A stretch of DNA of 64,000 bases, taken from contig JBEKSS010000001.1 of assembly GCA_049516875.1 (NCBI GenBank), positions 448,001 to 512,000 on the forward strand, written 5' to 3'. The DNA comes from Candidatus Bathyarchaeia archaeon (GTDB lineage: Archaea > Thermoproteota > Bathyarchaeia > Bathyarchaeales > Bathycorpusculaceae). Numbering within the stretch: the stretch's first letter is position 1; each line of letters starts with the position of its first letter. Below are positions 21,153 through 32,521 of this stretch, one piece after another. The position numbers and the translations under genes are program-made. Below the pieces are notes generated by a model. That model searched no databases. It was not told where the DNA came from and worked only from the letters and a program-made list of their open reading frames with translations.

Positions 21153-21575
21153 TTAGATTGCACGCATGTTGGAAAGCTTTTCAACCATATCAATCATTTT
21201 CTGATCAACGCCAACCGTCCAGGCAATGTTACTTAGGGTAATCAAACCGACAAGCTTTCCATTCTCCACGATAGGAAGCTTCTTTATCTTCTTTTGAAAC
21301 ATGAGCCTGGCAGCCTCATGGATTTCCATGTCAGGGCTTCCCACAATTAGCTTCTTTGTCATGATGTCTGATACAACCAGTTTTCTAGGATCCCTAGCTT
21401 TTTCCAGAACCTTCTTCAGCAGGTCTCTCTGAGTCACAATCCCTCTTGTTTCTCCATTATCCTCGATAATCAAACATCCTATGTTGTTCTTGTTCATCAC
21501 CTTTACCGCGTTGTCTACAAGAGCGCAGGAACCTACCTTCACTATGTCCTTGACCATGACATCTTTAGCCCTCAA
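21153..21575 (-). CDS. CBS-domain pair protein
   Basis: AKDVM, NIGCLII, GIVTQRD, IKKLPIV, VGLIT. Confidence 0.9.
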   Translation of the reverse strand: MRAKDVMVKDIVKVGSCALVDNAVKVMNKNNIGCLIIEDNGETRGIVTQRDLLKKVLEKARDPRKLVVSDIMTKKLIVGSPDMEIHEAARLMFQKKIKKLPIVENGKLVGLITLSNIAWTVGVDQKMIDMVEKLSNMRAI

Positions 21576-21774
21576 GAAATTCCTCCGTTAGGAGGTAAGC
21601 CATCTTTTTCTTTTAAGGAATTGTGTGTAATAGGGTTTACTCTCAGTGGAATAGCACTTTCTAGTTAAATTCTGTTGCATATCGTTCGCGGCATCGAAAA
21701 CCTTATTTCAGTATGCTTAAATTGAAGTGTGCTGTTAACTTCCGAAGGCGAATCCTAGGCTGTTAGCTTGACGC

Positions 21775-21874
21775 AGCGGGGTGGGGTAGCCAGGATTAAC
21801 CCGCTGGGCTCATAAAAGCTCGGTTGCTTCGGGAAACCCAGAGATCAGTAGTTCAAATCTACTCCCCGCTACCA
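21775..21874 (+). tRNA. Initiator tRNA-Met(CAT) with ~21 nt intron at 37/38 (~21815-21835), CCA encoded
   Basis: AGCGGGG/CCCCGCT acceptor stem (A1-U72), CTGGG-CTCATA[intron]A-CCCAG, GTTCAAATC T-loop, ACCA end. Confidence 0.92.
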
Positions 21875-22066
21875 AGAACATACGTAATGGCTCCTCTTCA
21901 AAAATGCTTCATCCCATTCCCCCATCCTTTAAGCTTTGAACGCTTCTCTTTTTGAATGCCTGCCTTTTCAAATCTGCCAACAAAGCAAGGTTTGATACTT
22001 GATTCAGCATGAGAAGGGAATTAAAAGTATTAATACCTCAGGGTTCCACACCTAACGTGAATTGTT

Positions 22067-23588
22067 ATGCACATTAATGCCATAGAGAACTCCTTGCTTC
22101 AGGCCACGGTTAATCCATTCCTCAAGCGGATAATCAGCCTTATAGATAAGAAATGTCCGAGAGACGGAAGTCTTCTTCTGAACTCTCTGAAGGACTTTCT
22201 GGGCGAACCGGTTCCTCTATGTCCAACATGTAAAAGTGTAAGCACCAAAATGGCTAAACACTTCTACAGACTTGGAAGCAACTTTTTACACGCAGATATG
22301 GACTTCATGCGCAACCAGTTTCTGAACGATGAGTTCGGAGAGGCCTGGCTCAGGGGGTTTGGCCTCATGATGAAGGGTATAGAGAAATACGGCGTACGCA
22401 TCCCTTTTACGCCAGCAGGACCGTTTGAAATTGTTTGGAACGTCACTTATCGATGCAATCTGAGATGTAAACACTGCTACGAAAACGCTGGTCAAAAGCG
22501 CCCAGAACTCTACTGACGAAGCCAAACAAGTGTTAGATAAAATCTCGAAGTTGTCGGGCATCGGTCTGCCAGCGCTGTCCTTCAGTGGTGGTGAACCGCT
22601 TGCGAGAAGGGACTTTTTTGAACTTGCAGCCTATGCAAGAAAACGTGTGGGCTACTTAAGTATCGCTTCAAATGGCACATTGATTACGCCAGACAATGCA
22701 AAAAGAATCAAAGATGTCGGAGTCGACTACGTGGAGATAAGCATCGATGGAGCAACGCCCGAGGTTCATGACTCGTTTAGAGGCATTCCAGGTGCGTTTG
22801 AAATGGCGATTGAAGGTGTAAGAAACTCTCTTGAAGAGGGCGTGGACACTTGCATTGCAACCGTCTTGCACAGGGACAACGTGAATGAGCTGGATAAGCT
22901 TGCCGGATTATCAAAACAGTTGGGTACGAGGTTCATGCATTTTAACTATGTTCCGACGGGAAGGGCAAAGGCTCATGTTGAACTGGATTTGACTCCGGAC
23001 CAGAGGTACCATGTGCTTGAAACCATCGGCAAAGAGATAGTCGGGCTTTACATGCAGAAGAAAGAGGAGGAAATCAAGTCTGGGAAGTCGGACATTAAGG
23101 TTGACAAGTTTTTCAGCACATGTCCGCAGTGCGCAAGCGTTACAAAGGACCTATCGCAAAGACAGAGAGGGAAGTTTATGGTGGAAGCTCACTATGCCGC
23201 GAAGCAAGGCGTTGAGAATGTCGCCAACTTCTTGGGGGGATGCGGTGCTGGACGGCTGTACTGCTGCCTCGAACCAAACGGAGACATAAAGCCCTGTGTC
23301 TTTTTCCAAACGTCCAAGGAAACAGTTCTTGGAAACATGTTGAAAGATAGCTTTGAAGAAATATGGGACACGCATCCGCTACTGTGGAAACTTCGCATAA
23401 GGGAAGACCTTGAAGACTGCTTAATAGGCGGAGAGAAAGTGGGCTGCGGAGAATGCCCTGACAAGTACATATATGGAGGGTGCAGGACCAGAGCCTACAG
23501 CTACTTTAATGGCAATGTGAAAATGCCGGATGTCGGCTGCATTCACAATGAGCCTCTATGGGAAAAGATATCTAGTTCAAGGAGATAG
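22067..23588 (+). pseudogene. Radical SAM/SPASM protein, frameshifted at ~22511
   Basis: CNLRCKHC in first ORF; FSGGEPL, CGAGR, PCVF, CGEC in second; gaactc-t-actgacgaagcc joins the frames. Confidence 0.8.
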
Positions 23589-23630
23589 CAGGGAAAGAAA
23601 CCCTAGACATCTACCTCAACAGTTAACAGA

Positions 23631-23828
23631 CTACGCCTTTCCTTTCTCTTCCTTCCCGAAATACGAAGTCCATTTGAGTTTGCGCGCATCTCTTCTCAAA
23701 AACAAGGAGCTTTTTCTACACTTACTTGAACAGAACCACAAAAGCGATCCATCATTCTTGATGAACATCATGCCCGTCCCCGCTGGGAATTCGTTGCCAC
23801 AAAACGAGCATTTCCTGGGCCTCGGCAT
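23631..23828 (-). CDS. rpl24e: 50S ribosomal protein L24e
   Basis: CSFCG...PAGTG...FCSSKC...LKWT. Confidence 0.97.
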   Translation of the reverse strand: MPRPRKCSFCGNEFPAGTGMMFIKNDGSLLWFCSSKCRKSSLFLRRDARKLKWTSYFGKEEKGKA

Positions 23829-23860
23829 CAGCGATCTCTCCGGATAACCTTGGTCCTAGC

Positions 23861-24091
23861 TTATCGGTTAATCTTCCTTGCTTCTCTTTCTGTTTCCCTG
23901 AGCATCAGAAGGTCTTGGGCTCGCACGGGTCCTTTCACATTGCGCGTTATGATGCGACCCTTGTCTTTCCCTTCGAGGATGCGTACTCTAACTTGCGAGA
24001 TTTCTCCGGTTACACCTGTGCGTGCTATGACTTGAATTACCTCTGCCGGCGTAAGCTCCGCCTGCTCAGCCTCTCTCTCCCCTCTGCTCAT
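23861..24091 (-). CDS. rps28e: 30S ribosomal protein S28e
   Basis: [22 protein letters not shown]. Confidence 0.97.
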   Translation of the reverse strand: MSRGEREAEQAELTPAEVIQVIARTGVTGEISQVRVRILEGKDKGRIITRNVKGPVRAQDLLMLRETEREARKINR

Positions 24092-24471
24092 TAGGTCGTT
24101 CCTCTTCTCAACTGCTCAACTCTTGTAACAATCTCTTTGACCAACCCTGCGGCATCTCCTTCTTTAACAACGCATGCCGCTCCAGCAGGAACGTCAATAC
24201 CTATGGCGCTGCCAATCTTTTCCTTGCTCGGGACAAATATGTACGGAATTTTTCTTTCTTCACACAGCAAAGGCAAGTGGGCAACGACTTCTGGTGGCTG
24301 GACGTCCTCGGCTATCACTACAAGTTTAGCCTGGGCTCTTTCAATCGCCTTCGTTGTTTCGTTTGTGCCTTTCCTAACCGTGCCTGTTTTTGCAACTATT
24401 TGCAGGGCTTCATAGGCGGCATCTGCTAGCTCCTTCGAAACTTCAAACTTCACATAGAATGGCTTGGACAT
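24091..24471 (-). CDS. rpl7ae: 50S ribosomal protein L7Ae
   Basis: [33 protein letters not shown]. Confidence 0.97.
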   Translation of the reverse strand: MSKPFYVKFEVSKELADAAYEALQIVAKTGTVRKGTNETTKAIERAQAKLVVIAEDVQPPEVVAHLPLLCEERKIPYIFVPSKEKIGSAIGIDVPAGAACVVKEGDAAGLVKEIVTRVEQLRRGTT

Positions 24472-24815
24472 AAGCCTCTCCCTTCAAATGCACAGTCTAA
24501 TCAATAGATCTCATTTATGAAGGTTTCTACTAACATTAGCTCCGAAAGCAAGCGACTAAATCACGGCCCTCTGCATTGCCGCCAAATGATGAAATCTTCT
24601 AAACGTTGGATTCTAGCGGTTCCATTCATTTCCTCGTCTCTTCTGCTGATCAATGTATTGACTTTCTTGATTGACAATCTGGGCTTGCAAGCCACAGGGA
24701 AGTGTCACAATCTTACACAAAGCCACGATGTTGACCGTGATCAGTGCAGACTGAGAGCGCGAGTCATGTACCCACGAAGATTCAACCACTAGAGAATTTC
24801 GATCTGGGTTTGCCA

Positions 24816-25273
24816 TCACTTCATTCTTGTCTTTTTCGACCTTAGTTTTACAGTCCCATATACCATGGCAAAAACTAGCAGAAAATAGAATGGCAAGTCT
24901 AAGATGAATGGCGCCCAGGCAATTCCCACTCCCTGCAGTCCATACTGGATTACGGTTCCTTCCCCATGTTGGGCAGGTCGGCTGGATCCGCTCAGAATAA
25001 TCTGTAACCACTCCAGAGAAATGCCGTAGTGGCGGATGATTGTGTAACCGAGAGGTTTGTTGCTTCTGTTCGAACATAACTGAGATATGCCGCGAAATTG
25101 AACAGAAGCAGCAGAATGAGGACCAAAACAAACTCTTTCACAGACAGTTCAAAGCTCTCCAATATTCTGGAGAACAGCCCTTTCTCTTTGGAGGTTTTCA
25201 CTGAAACGTGCACCGGAATGGTCGTCACGTCTTCATCACAATGAGGACAGTTCTTTGAGTTTTGGTGAACCAA
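24816..25273 (-). pseudogene. Small membrane protein with N-terminal CxxC, frameshifted at ~25045
   Basis: After the TM helix an alternative frame continues HYGISLEWLQ...DLPFYFLLVFAMVYGTVKLRSKKTRMK to TGA at 24816. Confidence 0.5.
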
Positions 25274-25668
25274 GCGTCCGCAATGAGGACAGAAAGATAT
25301 TGCTTGTTCCGAATAGAGGCTTTGCCTGCAGTTTGGGCAGACGTGTTGGTTGGGGTCTTTCTAGGAAGCGCCGCAATGTGGGCAGTGACCCCCCTTGTAC
25401 CGCTCCTGCCAAATTGAAGGAAGTGTCGTTTAAAGCTCCACTATTTCCTTCACTATTCCGGCGTTTTTCGCTGCCAGGTCTCTTCTGCTAACCGAAAACC
25501 AATCACCCACAGGCGCATTCTTTGACCCCATCTTGTCCATTTATTCACTCCACTGACTTGCATTAGACACTTCAGTTCAAGCATCAAATCAACAAAAGCC
25601 AAGCTTAAGACTTCAAACCGAGCTATTTTGGAGTATTGAACCTAGCGCAGGTGAAGGCCTGGACGTAG

Positions 25669-25680
25669 AAAGGTTTAAAT
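25669..25680 (+). promoter_or_regulatory. BRE/TATA of the gar1-tfb operon
   Basis: aaaggtttaaat ~50 bp upstream of gar1. Confidence 0.55.
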
Positions 25681-25729
25681 AGGCTGCATGGTTGAAGCAC
25701 TTCGCTTTTCATGAGGGGATATTAAAAGT

Positions 25730-25987
25730 TTGCAGAGACTAGGCCTAATCCTCCATGTAACTCCATCCCATAACATCATAGCAAAGATTGAAAACGTACC
25801 CAGAATTGGTGAAACAGTCGTGGATGAGAATCTGAAGCCTGTTGGAAAGGTTTTCGACATACTTGGTCCGGTGTCTTCGCCTTACGCAACGATAGCTCCC
25901 ACGATTCGAGACCCTGAGAAACTGGCTAACAGGAAAGTGTACATACTCCCCTCAAAGAGGAGAAAGGAGAAAAACAGGTATGGATGA
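25730..25987 (+). CDS. gar1: H/ACA RNP protein Gar1/Naf1
   Basis: [15 protein letters not shown]; overlaps tfb start. Confidence 0.88.
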   Translation: MQRLGLILHVTPSHNIIAKIENVPRIGETVVDENLKPVGKVFDILGPVSSPYATIAPTIRDPEKLANRKVYILPSKRRKEKNRYG

Positions 25988-26954
25988 TGGTGAAGAAGTG
26001 CGGGCAGATTCAACGTCTGCACCGCCAACGCAAGGCCCTGAACATGTGAAGATACAGAGCTGCCCAGAGTGCGGCAGTACCAGAATCATGCGAGATTATG
26101 AATGTGCCGAACTCGTCTGCATGAACTGTGGTTTCGTGCTGGCTGCGAAGATAACTGACAGAGGACCGGAATGGAGAGCTTTCGACGATGAACAGAGGAC
26201 CAAGAGGACAAGGGTTGGCGCGCCGTTGACGTACACAATCCATGATAAAGGCTTATCAACGATGATTGACTGGCATGACAGAGACATTTACGGCAAAAGC
26301 CTGTCACCTGGACAAAAAGCACAGGTATATCGTCTTCGAAAATGGCAGCGTCGAATAAGAGTTTCAGACGCAACAGAACGTAACCTCGCATTTGCATTAT
26401 CTGAAATCACGAAAATTGCTAATAACCTGAACCTTCCAAAGAGCATTCTTGAAACAGCGTCAGTGATTTATCGAAAAGCCGTCAAAGAGCGACTGATACG
26501 AGGAAGATCGATTCAAGGTGTAACAGCCGCAGCCATCTATCTGGCCTGCAGACAATGCGGGCTGGCTAGAACACTGGAAGAGATAGCACAGGCGTCAAGT
26601 GTGAACAAGAAGGAAGTAGGCCGCAGTTACCGCTTCCTGATTAAAGAGCTCAACTATTCTATTCCACCGCTTAAACCAAGCCAGTACATAACAAAGTTCT
26701 CGAACCAGCTGACAATGCAAGGGAAAGTTGAGGAAATCGCCCACAAAATCTTGGCAGCCGCAAAAGAACTGAAGCTGACTTCAGGTCGGGGTCCAACCGG
26801 CATCGCAGCCGCAGCAAGTTACATCGCTTCAGTCTTAACTGGAGAAAGAAGGACCCAGAGAGAGATAGCCGAGATAGCACAAGTGACTGAGGTCACAATT
26901 CGAAACCGTTACAAAGAGCTTGTTGAACGACTGGCATTCCAAATTACGCTCTAA
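25980..26954 (+). CDS. tfb: Transcription initiation factor B
   Basis: Zn ribbon [34 protein letters not shown]. Confidence 0.98.
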   Translation: MDDGEEVRADSTSAPPTQGPEHVKIQSCPECGSTRIMRDYECAELVCMNCGFVLAAKITDRGPEWRAFDDEQRTKRTRVGAPLTYTIHDKGLSTMIDWHDRDIYGKSLSPGQKAQVYRLRKWQRRIRVSDATERNLAFALSEITKIANNLNLPKSILETASVIYRKAVKERLIRGRSIQGVTAAAIYLACRQCGLARTLEEIAQASSVNKKEVGRSYRFLIKELNYSIPPLKPSQYITKFSNQLTMQGKVEEIAHKILAAAKELKLTSGRGPTGIAAAASYIASVLTGERRTQREIAEIAQVTEVTIRNRYKELVERLAFQITL

Positions 26955-27163
26955 ACCCTCTTCCCTTTTTCTTAGTGTCGACACTACATCATCCCATTGC
27001 TCTAGACCCTTTCATCAAGAGCTAAGCGGATTTTTCATTCTACTGGTTCCATTTTTTCACTGAATTTGCAGGCAATTGCTAGGCCTTTCAGGTTCGGTTT
27101 GGTGTTCACTGCAAAACGCATTTTAGACCCAATGTGTGATGTTAAGGGGGGAGGAGAAGCTAT

Positions 27164-27592
27164 TTGGTTAATTGTCCAAAATGTGGAAATGATGTGAAGA
27201 CTCCGGCTAAGACTTGGCCTATTCCTTCGAGAGAATCTTTGAAAGAGGATGAAAAGCCCCGGCTTGTTGGCATATTTGAATGTCCAAATTGCAAGGCTAG
27301 GTTCAGATCCGCTGTGGAGACTGAAACTGAACTCAGAGAGACAGTAAACATTAAGAACATGGTTGAAAGAATTAAGTGCATAAAAGGGGAACTCATGCAG
27401 ACATTGATGAATCTTCGTGAAAAAATAAACACTCTGGAAACCGAACGTGCAAGTTTAATGGTTGAAATTGAGAAGCTGAGAGAAGTTGCAGAATCAAGAG
27501 TCGACGCTCTTGAAAGCGAGGTAAGCATGCTGCGAAACGAAGTAAAATCTCTGAGAGACCTACTGGGGTACAAGGAAGAAGAAAAACCGTAG
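27164..27592 (+). CDS. Cren7-like Zn-ribbon domain fused to a coiled coil
   Basis: CPKCG..VKTPAKTW...VGIFECPNCKARFR followed by ~85 aa of heptad repeats. Confidence 0.6.
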   Translation: MVNCPKCGNDVKTPAKTWPIPSRESLKEDEKPRLVGIFECPNCKARFRSAVETETELRETVNIKNMVERIKCIKGELMQTLMNLREKINTLETERASLMVEIEKLREVAESRVDALESEVSMLRNEVKSLRDLLGYKEEEKP

Positions 27593-27648
27593 AGAAACTG
27601 GCTGGCAGCCTCATTTGCAACTGTTCTGGCTTTTCGCCCTGCTACACA

Positions 27649-28044
27649 TTAAGAAGACAAATATTGCTTGTAGTATTCCGTTGCCTTGGCTACTGCTTTT
27701 TCCGGATCATTCAAGATTAGATATTTTTCAGCAGTAACCCTTTCTGCTTCACCATAATACTCCACTACTTTCTTCGTGTTACCTTCGTAAATTGCCAATC
27801 CACCGGCAACCTCATACCACATCCGGGCACGCGAGACGTCTTTTTCCTTATCGGCCTTTTTGGCATTGTCAACAGCTTCTTTCATGGAAACATCAACTTT
27901 CCTAGGGTCAAGGAACATGACAGGAGATAAGGCTTCATACGCCTCCCTGTCGCTTCCGCAAATTTGTTCGAGGCCTGTCAAATTTCTCATCGTCTCCTTA
28001 CTCGCTTTGCTTTTCTCTTTTCCTTTTCCAAACATTTTTGCCAA
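27649..28044 (-). CDS. Hypothetical helical protein
   Basis: 131 aa ORF, coding-like composition, divergent promoter shared with the DUF116 gene. Confidence 0.65.
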   Translation of the reverse strand: MAKMFGKGKEKSKASKETMRNLTGLEQICGSDREAYEALSPVMFLDPRKVDVSMKEAVDNAKKADKEKDVSRARMWYEVAGGLAIYEGNTKKVVEYYGEAERVTAEKYLILNDPEKAVAKATEYYKQYLSS

Positions 28045-28133
28045 TTCAAGCCTCTCTTGCTCGCGAATACTTTGGATCTAACTCTACTATAAGAGGGGTT
28101 AATCTTAAAGGTTTGTCCTTCTATTAAGTACGT

Positions 28134-28769
28134 ATGCCATACAGGTTTACGTTTGACCTTTCAAGGATTCCGCGTTTCTTCTTCACCGAGGTGACAAGAG
28201 CGGCCTACGAAAGGGGTATGCACAGAAGGGTCGGCAAAACCGTCCAAGAAATCATAAGGAAGTTCAAGATTCAGGAGGCAACAGGTCTCAACCTGTCTGA
28301 TGCCGTGGCTCTCCTCGAAGATCTCATAGATGTACAAGCCAGAAACCTCATAGAAAGAGAAAGATTCATTCAAACAAAAAGAAGGGCGTTGCTTCTGCCT
28401 CACTGCTCCAGAAAATTCATGGACAACCGATGCAAAGCATCCTTCGACCCTAAAATCCCATCTTACGTCTGCGCTCACTGTTCTCCAGACTGCCAGATTG
28501 GAAAAGCCGAGCTTTTGGCCAAGAAAAAAGGCTACGACGTTTACATCTTGCCCGGCGGCTCCTGCATTCCGAAGATTTTGAACGCGAACCACTATGAAGG
28601 CATAATAGGAGTCGCTTGCGGTGAAGAGATAAGAACCGGCGGGGAAGCATTGAAAGCCATGAACATAAGCGGCCAAACCGTTCCATTAATAAAAAACGGC
28701 TGCGCAAACACTCTCGTTTCTTCCAGCGCAAGTTCTTGCTGTGACATTTCCGGCATTTCACCGCAGTAG
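28134..28769 (+). CDS. DUF116 family protein (C-terminus aberrant)
   Basis: LLPHC, CAHCSPDC, VYILPGGS, IGVAC, NGC motifs. Confidence 0.8.
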   Translation: MPYRFTFDLSRIPRFFFTEVTRAAYERGMHRRVGKTVQEIIRKFKIQEATGLNLSDAVALLEDLIDVQARNLIERERFIQTKRRALLLPHCSRKFMDNRCKASFDPKIPSYVCAHCSPDCQIGKAELLAKKKGYDVYILPGGSCIPKILNANHYEGIIGVACGEEIRTGGEALKAMNISGQTVPLIKNGCANTLVSSSASSCCDISGISPQ

Positions 28770-28860
28770 CAGCATTTCTTGCACCGCAATGTCGGCATAT
28801 CTTCATGTGAAGCCTGTGTTCCTGAGCAAGAGTCTTCTTAAGAGGATCAAGTATCGGCAT
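28450..28860 (-). CDS. rpl40e: 50S ribosomal protein L40e (normal stop missing; reads through into DUF116 antisense)
   Basis: KICRHCGARN...KCRKCHSKNLRWKKRE; recognisable L40e part 28711-28860. Confidence 0.88.
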   Translation of the reverse strand: MPILDPLKKTLAQEHRLHMKICRHCGARNAATAVKCRKCHSKNLRWKKRECLRSRFLLMERFGRLCSWLSMLPRRFLSLHRKRLLLCLHSGSRSKSSECRSRRARCKRRSLFSWPKARLFQSGSLENSERRRKMGF

Positions 28861-28951
28861 TGGATCATTCTCTCATTTGTGGCTAAGAGTGAAGCATTCC
28901 AGTGTCAAATATACTTTTTGCCGGCTAGCCCCATAACACGTTTGCCGCCTT

Positions 28952-29827
28952 TCAAGCTTTGATCAGCTCGGTTAAAAGCTCCGCCACATCGCTGGGTTTT
29001 TCAGCCACTTTCACTCCGGCATTTCTGAAGACTTCAATTTTATTTTCAGCCGTTCCCGCTTTGCCCATAACGATTGCACCTGCATGCCCCATACGTTTCC
29101 CAGGTGGAGCCGAACGTCCAGCTATAAATGCCACCACAGGTTTCGGATACATTTCCTCTGAAATGTATTTTGCCGCCAACTCTTCAAGGTTGCCTCCAAT
29201 TTCACCTATCAGAACAACAGCTTTCGTCTGAGAGTCAGCTTCAAACATCTTCAAGGCATCTATGAAATTCAATCCTGTTATGGGGTCTCCTCCCAAGCCA
29301 AGACATGTCGACTCCCCCAACCGCTTTCGGGTCAAGCCCGCGGCTATTTCGTACGTAAGCGTCCCGCTGCGCGAAGCCATGCCCACGCTGCCCGACTTGA
29401 AGATGTGTGAGGGCATAATGCCCAGTTTGCACGCCTCGGGCGATATTATGCCAGGAGTGTTTGGCCCGATTACTGTCGCTTTAACCTGTCTCGCATGAGC
29501 CATTACGCTGATTGCGTCCTTGATGGGAATGTGTTCAGTTATTATAACCACGGTTTTTATCCCGTTTTCCATGGCTTCCAGAGCCGCATCTGCAGCGAAT
29601 GGAGCCGGCACGAAAATTATTGAAGCGTTCGCATGGTGTTTCTCCTGTGCCTCCTCACCCGTATTATAAACTGCCACACCTTCAACTTGAGCTCCCCCCT
29701 TACCCGGCGTCACACCTGCGACTATTTTTGTCCCGTATTCCAGCATCAGCCTCGTGTGGAAACTTCCCTGAGTCCCAGTTATGCCCCAAACGATTGCACG
29801 CGTGCTCTTGCCGATTATTATCCCCAA
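28952..29827 (-). CDS. sucD: Succinyl-CoA synthetase alpha subunit
   Basis: [31 protein letters not shown]. Confidence 0.96.
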   Translation of the reverse strand: MGIIIGKSTRAIVWGITGTQGSFHTRLMLEYGTKIVAGVTPGKGGAQVEGVAVYNTGEEAQEKHHANASIIFVPAPFAADAALEAMENGIKTVVIITEHIPIKDAISVMAHARQVKATVIGPNTPGIISPEACKLGIMPSHIFKSGSVGMASRSGTLTYEIAAGLTRKRLGESTCLGLGGDPITGLNFIDALKMFEADSQTKAVVLIGEIGGNLEELAAKYISEEMYPKPVVAFIAGRSAPPGKRMGHAGAIVMGKAGTAENKIEVFRNAGVKVAEKPSDVAELLTELIKA

Positions 29828-29829
29828 GC

Positions 29830-30978
29830 TTACGCACCTCCTTTCTTAGAAATCTCAACGGCTCGCTGCGCGGCTTCCTCCATGCTTTCCAACACGTGAA
29901 TGCCGGCCTCCGTTAGTATCCTTTTTCCCTCCTCCTCATTTGTGCCCACCAGCCGGATGACCATAGGTGTTGTCACTCTGGCCTTCTCTTTAGCCTGCAA
30001 GATTCCTCTTGCAACCTCGTCGCAACGGGTGATTCCCCCGAGGATGTTTATAAAAAGCACCTTGACCTTCGGGTCTGAAAGCACTATCTTAAGGGCAAGG
30101 GCCGTTTTCTCGGAGGGAGCCCCTCCTCCCACGTCCAGAAAGTTCGCGGGTTTTCCACCGTAATACTGAATCGTGTCCAATGTTGCCATCACTAGGCCTG
30201 CTCCGTTGCCTATGACTCCGATGTTCCCGTCAAGCTTCACGTAAGCCAGATCGTTCTTGACAGCTTCAAGCTCCTGTGGACTGAGTTCACTCTCTCCCTC
30301 AAGAAGCCTCTTCTTGTATTCCTGATGGCGGAACAGGGCGTTGTCATCAATTATCATCCGCGCGTCCACCGCCAAGAATTTTCCGTCTGTGGCCTCCACC
30401 AACGGGTTCATCTCGATCAGTTCTGTATCGTAGTCCATGCCGACAAGATAGAGCTTTTCGAGAATCCTTCCAAGTTCTGAGATTTGGGTGCCAGAATATT
30501 CCATTCTTCTCGCGATCTGCCGTGCCAGAAAAGGATGGAAACCGAACTCGGGGTTTATGGGGGTTGCTATCACTTTCTCAGGGGTTTTGGATGCTACTTC
30601 TTCTATGTCCATTCCCCCGACACCAGAAGCAATTGCGACGTATCGCTGTCTGAACCTGTCGGTTGTCAAGCCGAAGTACAGTTCTCTTTTGACCTGAATT
30701 TTCTCTTCGACCCACACGCTTTTGACAGGTATGCCTTTTATCTGCATGTCTAAGAGTTTCTCGGCGGTTTTCTCAGTTTCCTCAACAGAGTTGGCGAACA
30801 GAATGCCGCCTGCCTTGCCTCTTCCTGCAACCAAAACCTGCGCTTTAACCGCAACCGGCATTTTCAGCCCAGCCGCAACCTCACGCGCTTGACGGGAATC
30901 CGACGCCAACCCGCCTTGAGGCACTGGAACGCCGTGTTTCGAAAGTATGTTCTTTGCTTCATATTCAAACAGTTTCAA
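29830..30978 (-). CDS. sucC: Succinyl-CoA synthetase beta subunit
   Basis: KAQVLVAGRGKAGG, NGAGL, PANFLDVGGG, GGITRCD. Confidence 0.96.
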   Translation of the reverse strand: MKLFEYEAKNILSKHGVPVPQGGLASDSRQAREVAAGLKMPVAVKAQVLVAGRGKAGGILFANSVEETEKTAEKLLDMQIKGIPVKSVWVEEKIQVKRELYFGLTTDRFRQRYVAIASGVGGMDIEEVASKTPEKVIATPINPEFGFHPFLARQIARRMEYSGTQISELGRILEKLYLVGMDYDTELIEMNPLVEATDGKFLAVDARMIIDDNALFRHQEYKKRLLEGESELSPQELEAVKNDLAYVKLDGNIGVIGNGAGLVMATLDTIQYYGGKPANFLDVGGGAPSEKTALALKIVLSDPKVKVLFINILGGITRCDEVARGILQAKEKARVTTPMVIRLVGTNEEEGKRILTEAGIHVLESMEEAAQRAVEISKKGGA

Positions 30979-30991
30979 TCAAACACTCTCC

Positions 30992-31450
30992 TTATCTTAT
31001 CGTTTCTATTGCAATGTAGGATTTGGTGTCTTGTATGCCGTCAATTGAGGATAACCTTTTTAAGACTTCGTCGAGCTGCCTCCTTTCCGTTATCACCAAT
31101 GCGTCAACATCGCCTGCGATTCTGAAGGCCCTTTGAACCGCAAGTTCCTTGATCTTGTCGTAGACGTAGCTTCGCTTCAGAGGCGAAACCTTGATGAATA
31201 TGAAGGCAGGAGTTGAGGACATCCCAAGCGCGCTCAGCCCCTCGTCAGTCACGTCTATGAAACCCCTTCCAGTCCGTATATAGCTCAGGTCTCTGAGTTT
31301 TCGCAAGTGAACGTTCAAAGCCTGTCTGCTTATGTTCAACTGCCTTGCCAACTCGTCCTGCTTCAAATGCAAAGTGTACGCGTTTGTCGACTTGCCCTTC
31401 TCGTAGAGCAACCGCAACAGCTGCCTTGTACGTTTTGTAAGCGTTTCCAA
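30992..31450 (-). CDS. Lrp/AsnC-type regulator (wHTH + RAM domain)
   Basis: QDELARQLNISRQALNVHLRKL; IAGDVDAL, GIQDTKSYI. Confidence 0.8.
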   Translation of the reverse strand: METLTKRTRQLLRLLYEKGKSTNAYTLHLKQDELARQLNISRQALNVHLRKLRDLSYIRTGRGFIDVTDEGLSALGMSSTPAFIFIKVSPLKRSYVYDKIKELAVQRAFRIAGDVDALVITERRQLDEVLKRLSSIDGIQDTKSYIAIETIR

Positions 31451-31658
31451 ACTGTCTCCCCAATCGTTACATTTTGTGAAGCTCAGTGTTTACAATAGTA
31501 AGGTTTATTTAAATGTTTAGCAAAAATCAGACAAACGGGTTCATTCCAAAATCGGTTTTTTGTTAACTGAAGATTGAAACCGTAATGTATTTATTTGCCG
31601 AGAAAGAAGGTTATCGAGCCTACATAAAAATGGAAACTAGGAGCGAGGCGGTAAAAAA

Positions 31659-31937
31659 ATGTCAGAAAGCAATGCAGTGTTGATCGGAAACAAGCCAGTA
31701 ATGAACTATGTACTGGCATGCATAACCCTCTTTCACGGCGGAGCAAAAGAAGTAAACGTTAAGGCGCGAGGGAGAGCCATAAGCCGAGCAGTTGACGTCG
31801 TCGAGGTCGTCAGACGCCGATTCTTGCCAGACGTAAAGATCAAAGGAATTGGCATTGGAACACAGCAGATGGCACCCAGAGAAGAGGGTGGCCCGCCTTC
31901 AAACGTCAGCACAGTCGAAATTTCGCTTGAACGATAA
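31659..31937 (+). CDS. albA: DNA/RNA-binding protein Alba
   Basis: [23 protein letters not shown]. Confidence 0.97.
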   Translation: MSESNAVLIGNKPVMNYVLACITLFHGGAKEVNVKARGRAISRAVDVVEVVRRRFLPDVKIKGIGIGTQQMAPREEGGPPSNVSTVEISLER

Positions 31938-32003
31938 AACACCGTTTCTACACAAACCAATGCTCCGCCGCCCCTCCTTTGTTTGCGGAGGGCCAGTCCA
32001 TAG

Positions 32004-32513
32004 TTGAAGATGGGTCTTTGCAGTTTCTGCTTAAAGAGCGGCATACTGTGCCAAAAGTGTTTAGCTAAACTGAAGTCTGGAGAAGTAAGTGAAACAGACT
32101 TGCGAGTGGCCCGTTTGCTGCTGTCTCTGGAAGAAAGGTTTCCCTCCCTTCAAAACGTCTATTTTCATAAGACAATTGACACGGACAGAACGTTAGCGAT
32201 AGTGGTCGGGCCTGGGGATGTCCCCCGCCTTCTGGGATACGGAGGAAAAATCGTTAAGACTCTGAGCGAAGAAACCCGCAAGAACATTCGCATTTTGGAG
32301 AACGGGGTTGACGATAGAAAGTTCCTGGAAGACTTGTTTGCTCCGTTGAGCATCATGACGATAAACACGATATGGCTGCCTGACGGGACCACAGAGACCA
32401 GGGTTATACTGGGAAAGAGGCGTGGGACGCGCTCTTCCCTTGATGTAAAGGCTTTAAAGGAGATTGCCAGTAAAGTTCGCAACATAACGTTGCGAGTGGA
32501 GTATGCAGACTAG
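32004..32513 (+). CDS. NusA-like KH-domain protein with N-terminal Zn knuckle
   Basis: CSFCLKSGILCQKC; LLGYGGKIVK KH motif; between alba and aspS. Confidence 0.75.
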   Translation: MKMGLCSFCLKSGILCQKCLAKLKSGEVSETDLRVARLLLSLEERFPSLQNVYFHKTIDTDRTLAIVVGPGDVPRLLGYGGKIVKTLSEETRKNIRILENGVDDRKFLEDLFAPLSIMTINTIWLPDGTTETRVILGKRRGTRSSLDVKALKEIASKVRNITLRVEYAD

Positions 32514-32521
32514 GCTAGACG

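Noticed and set aside
22500-22520. Programmed frameshift or selenocysteine readthrough at TGA in the radical SAM gene
   Set aside because: The downstream part is in a different frame and no slippery heptamer is evident; a simple indel is more likely
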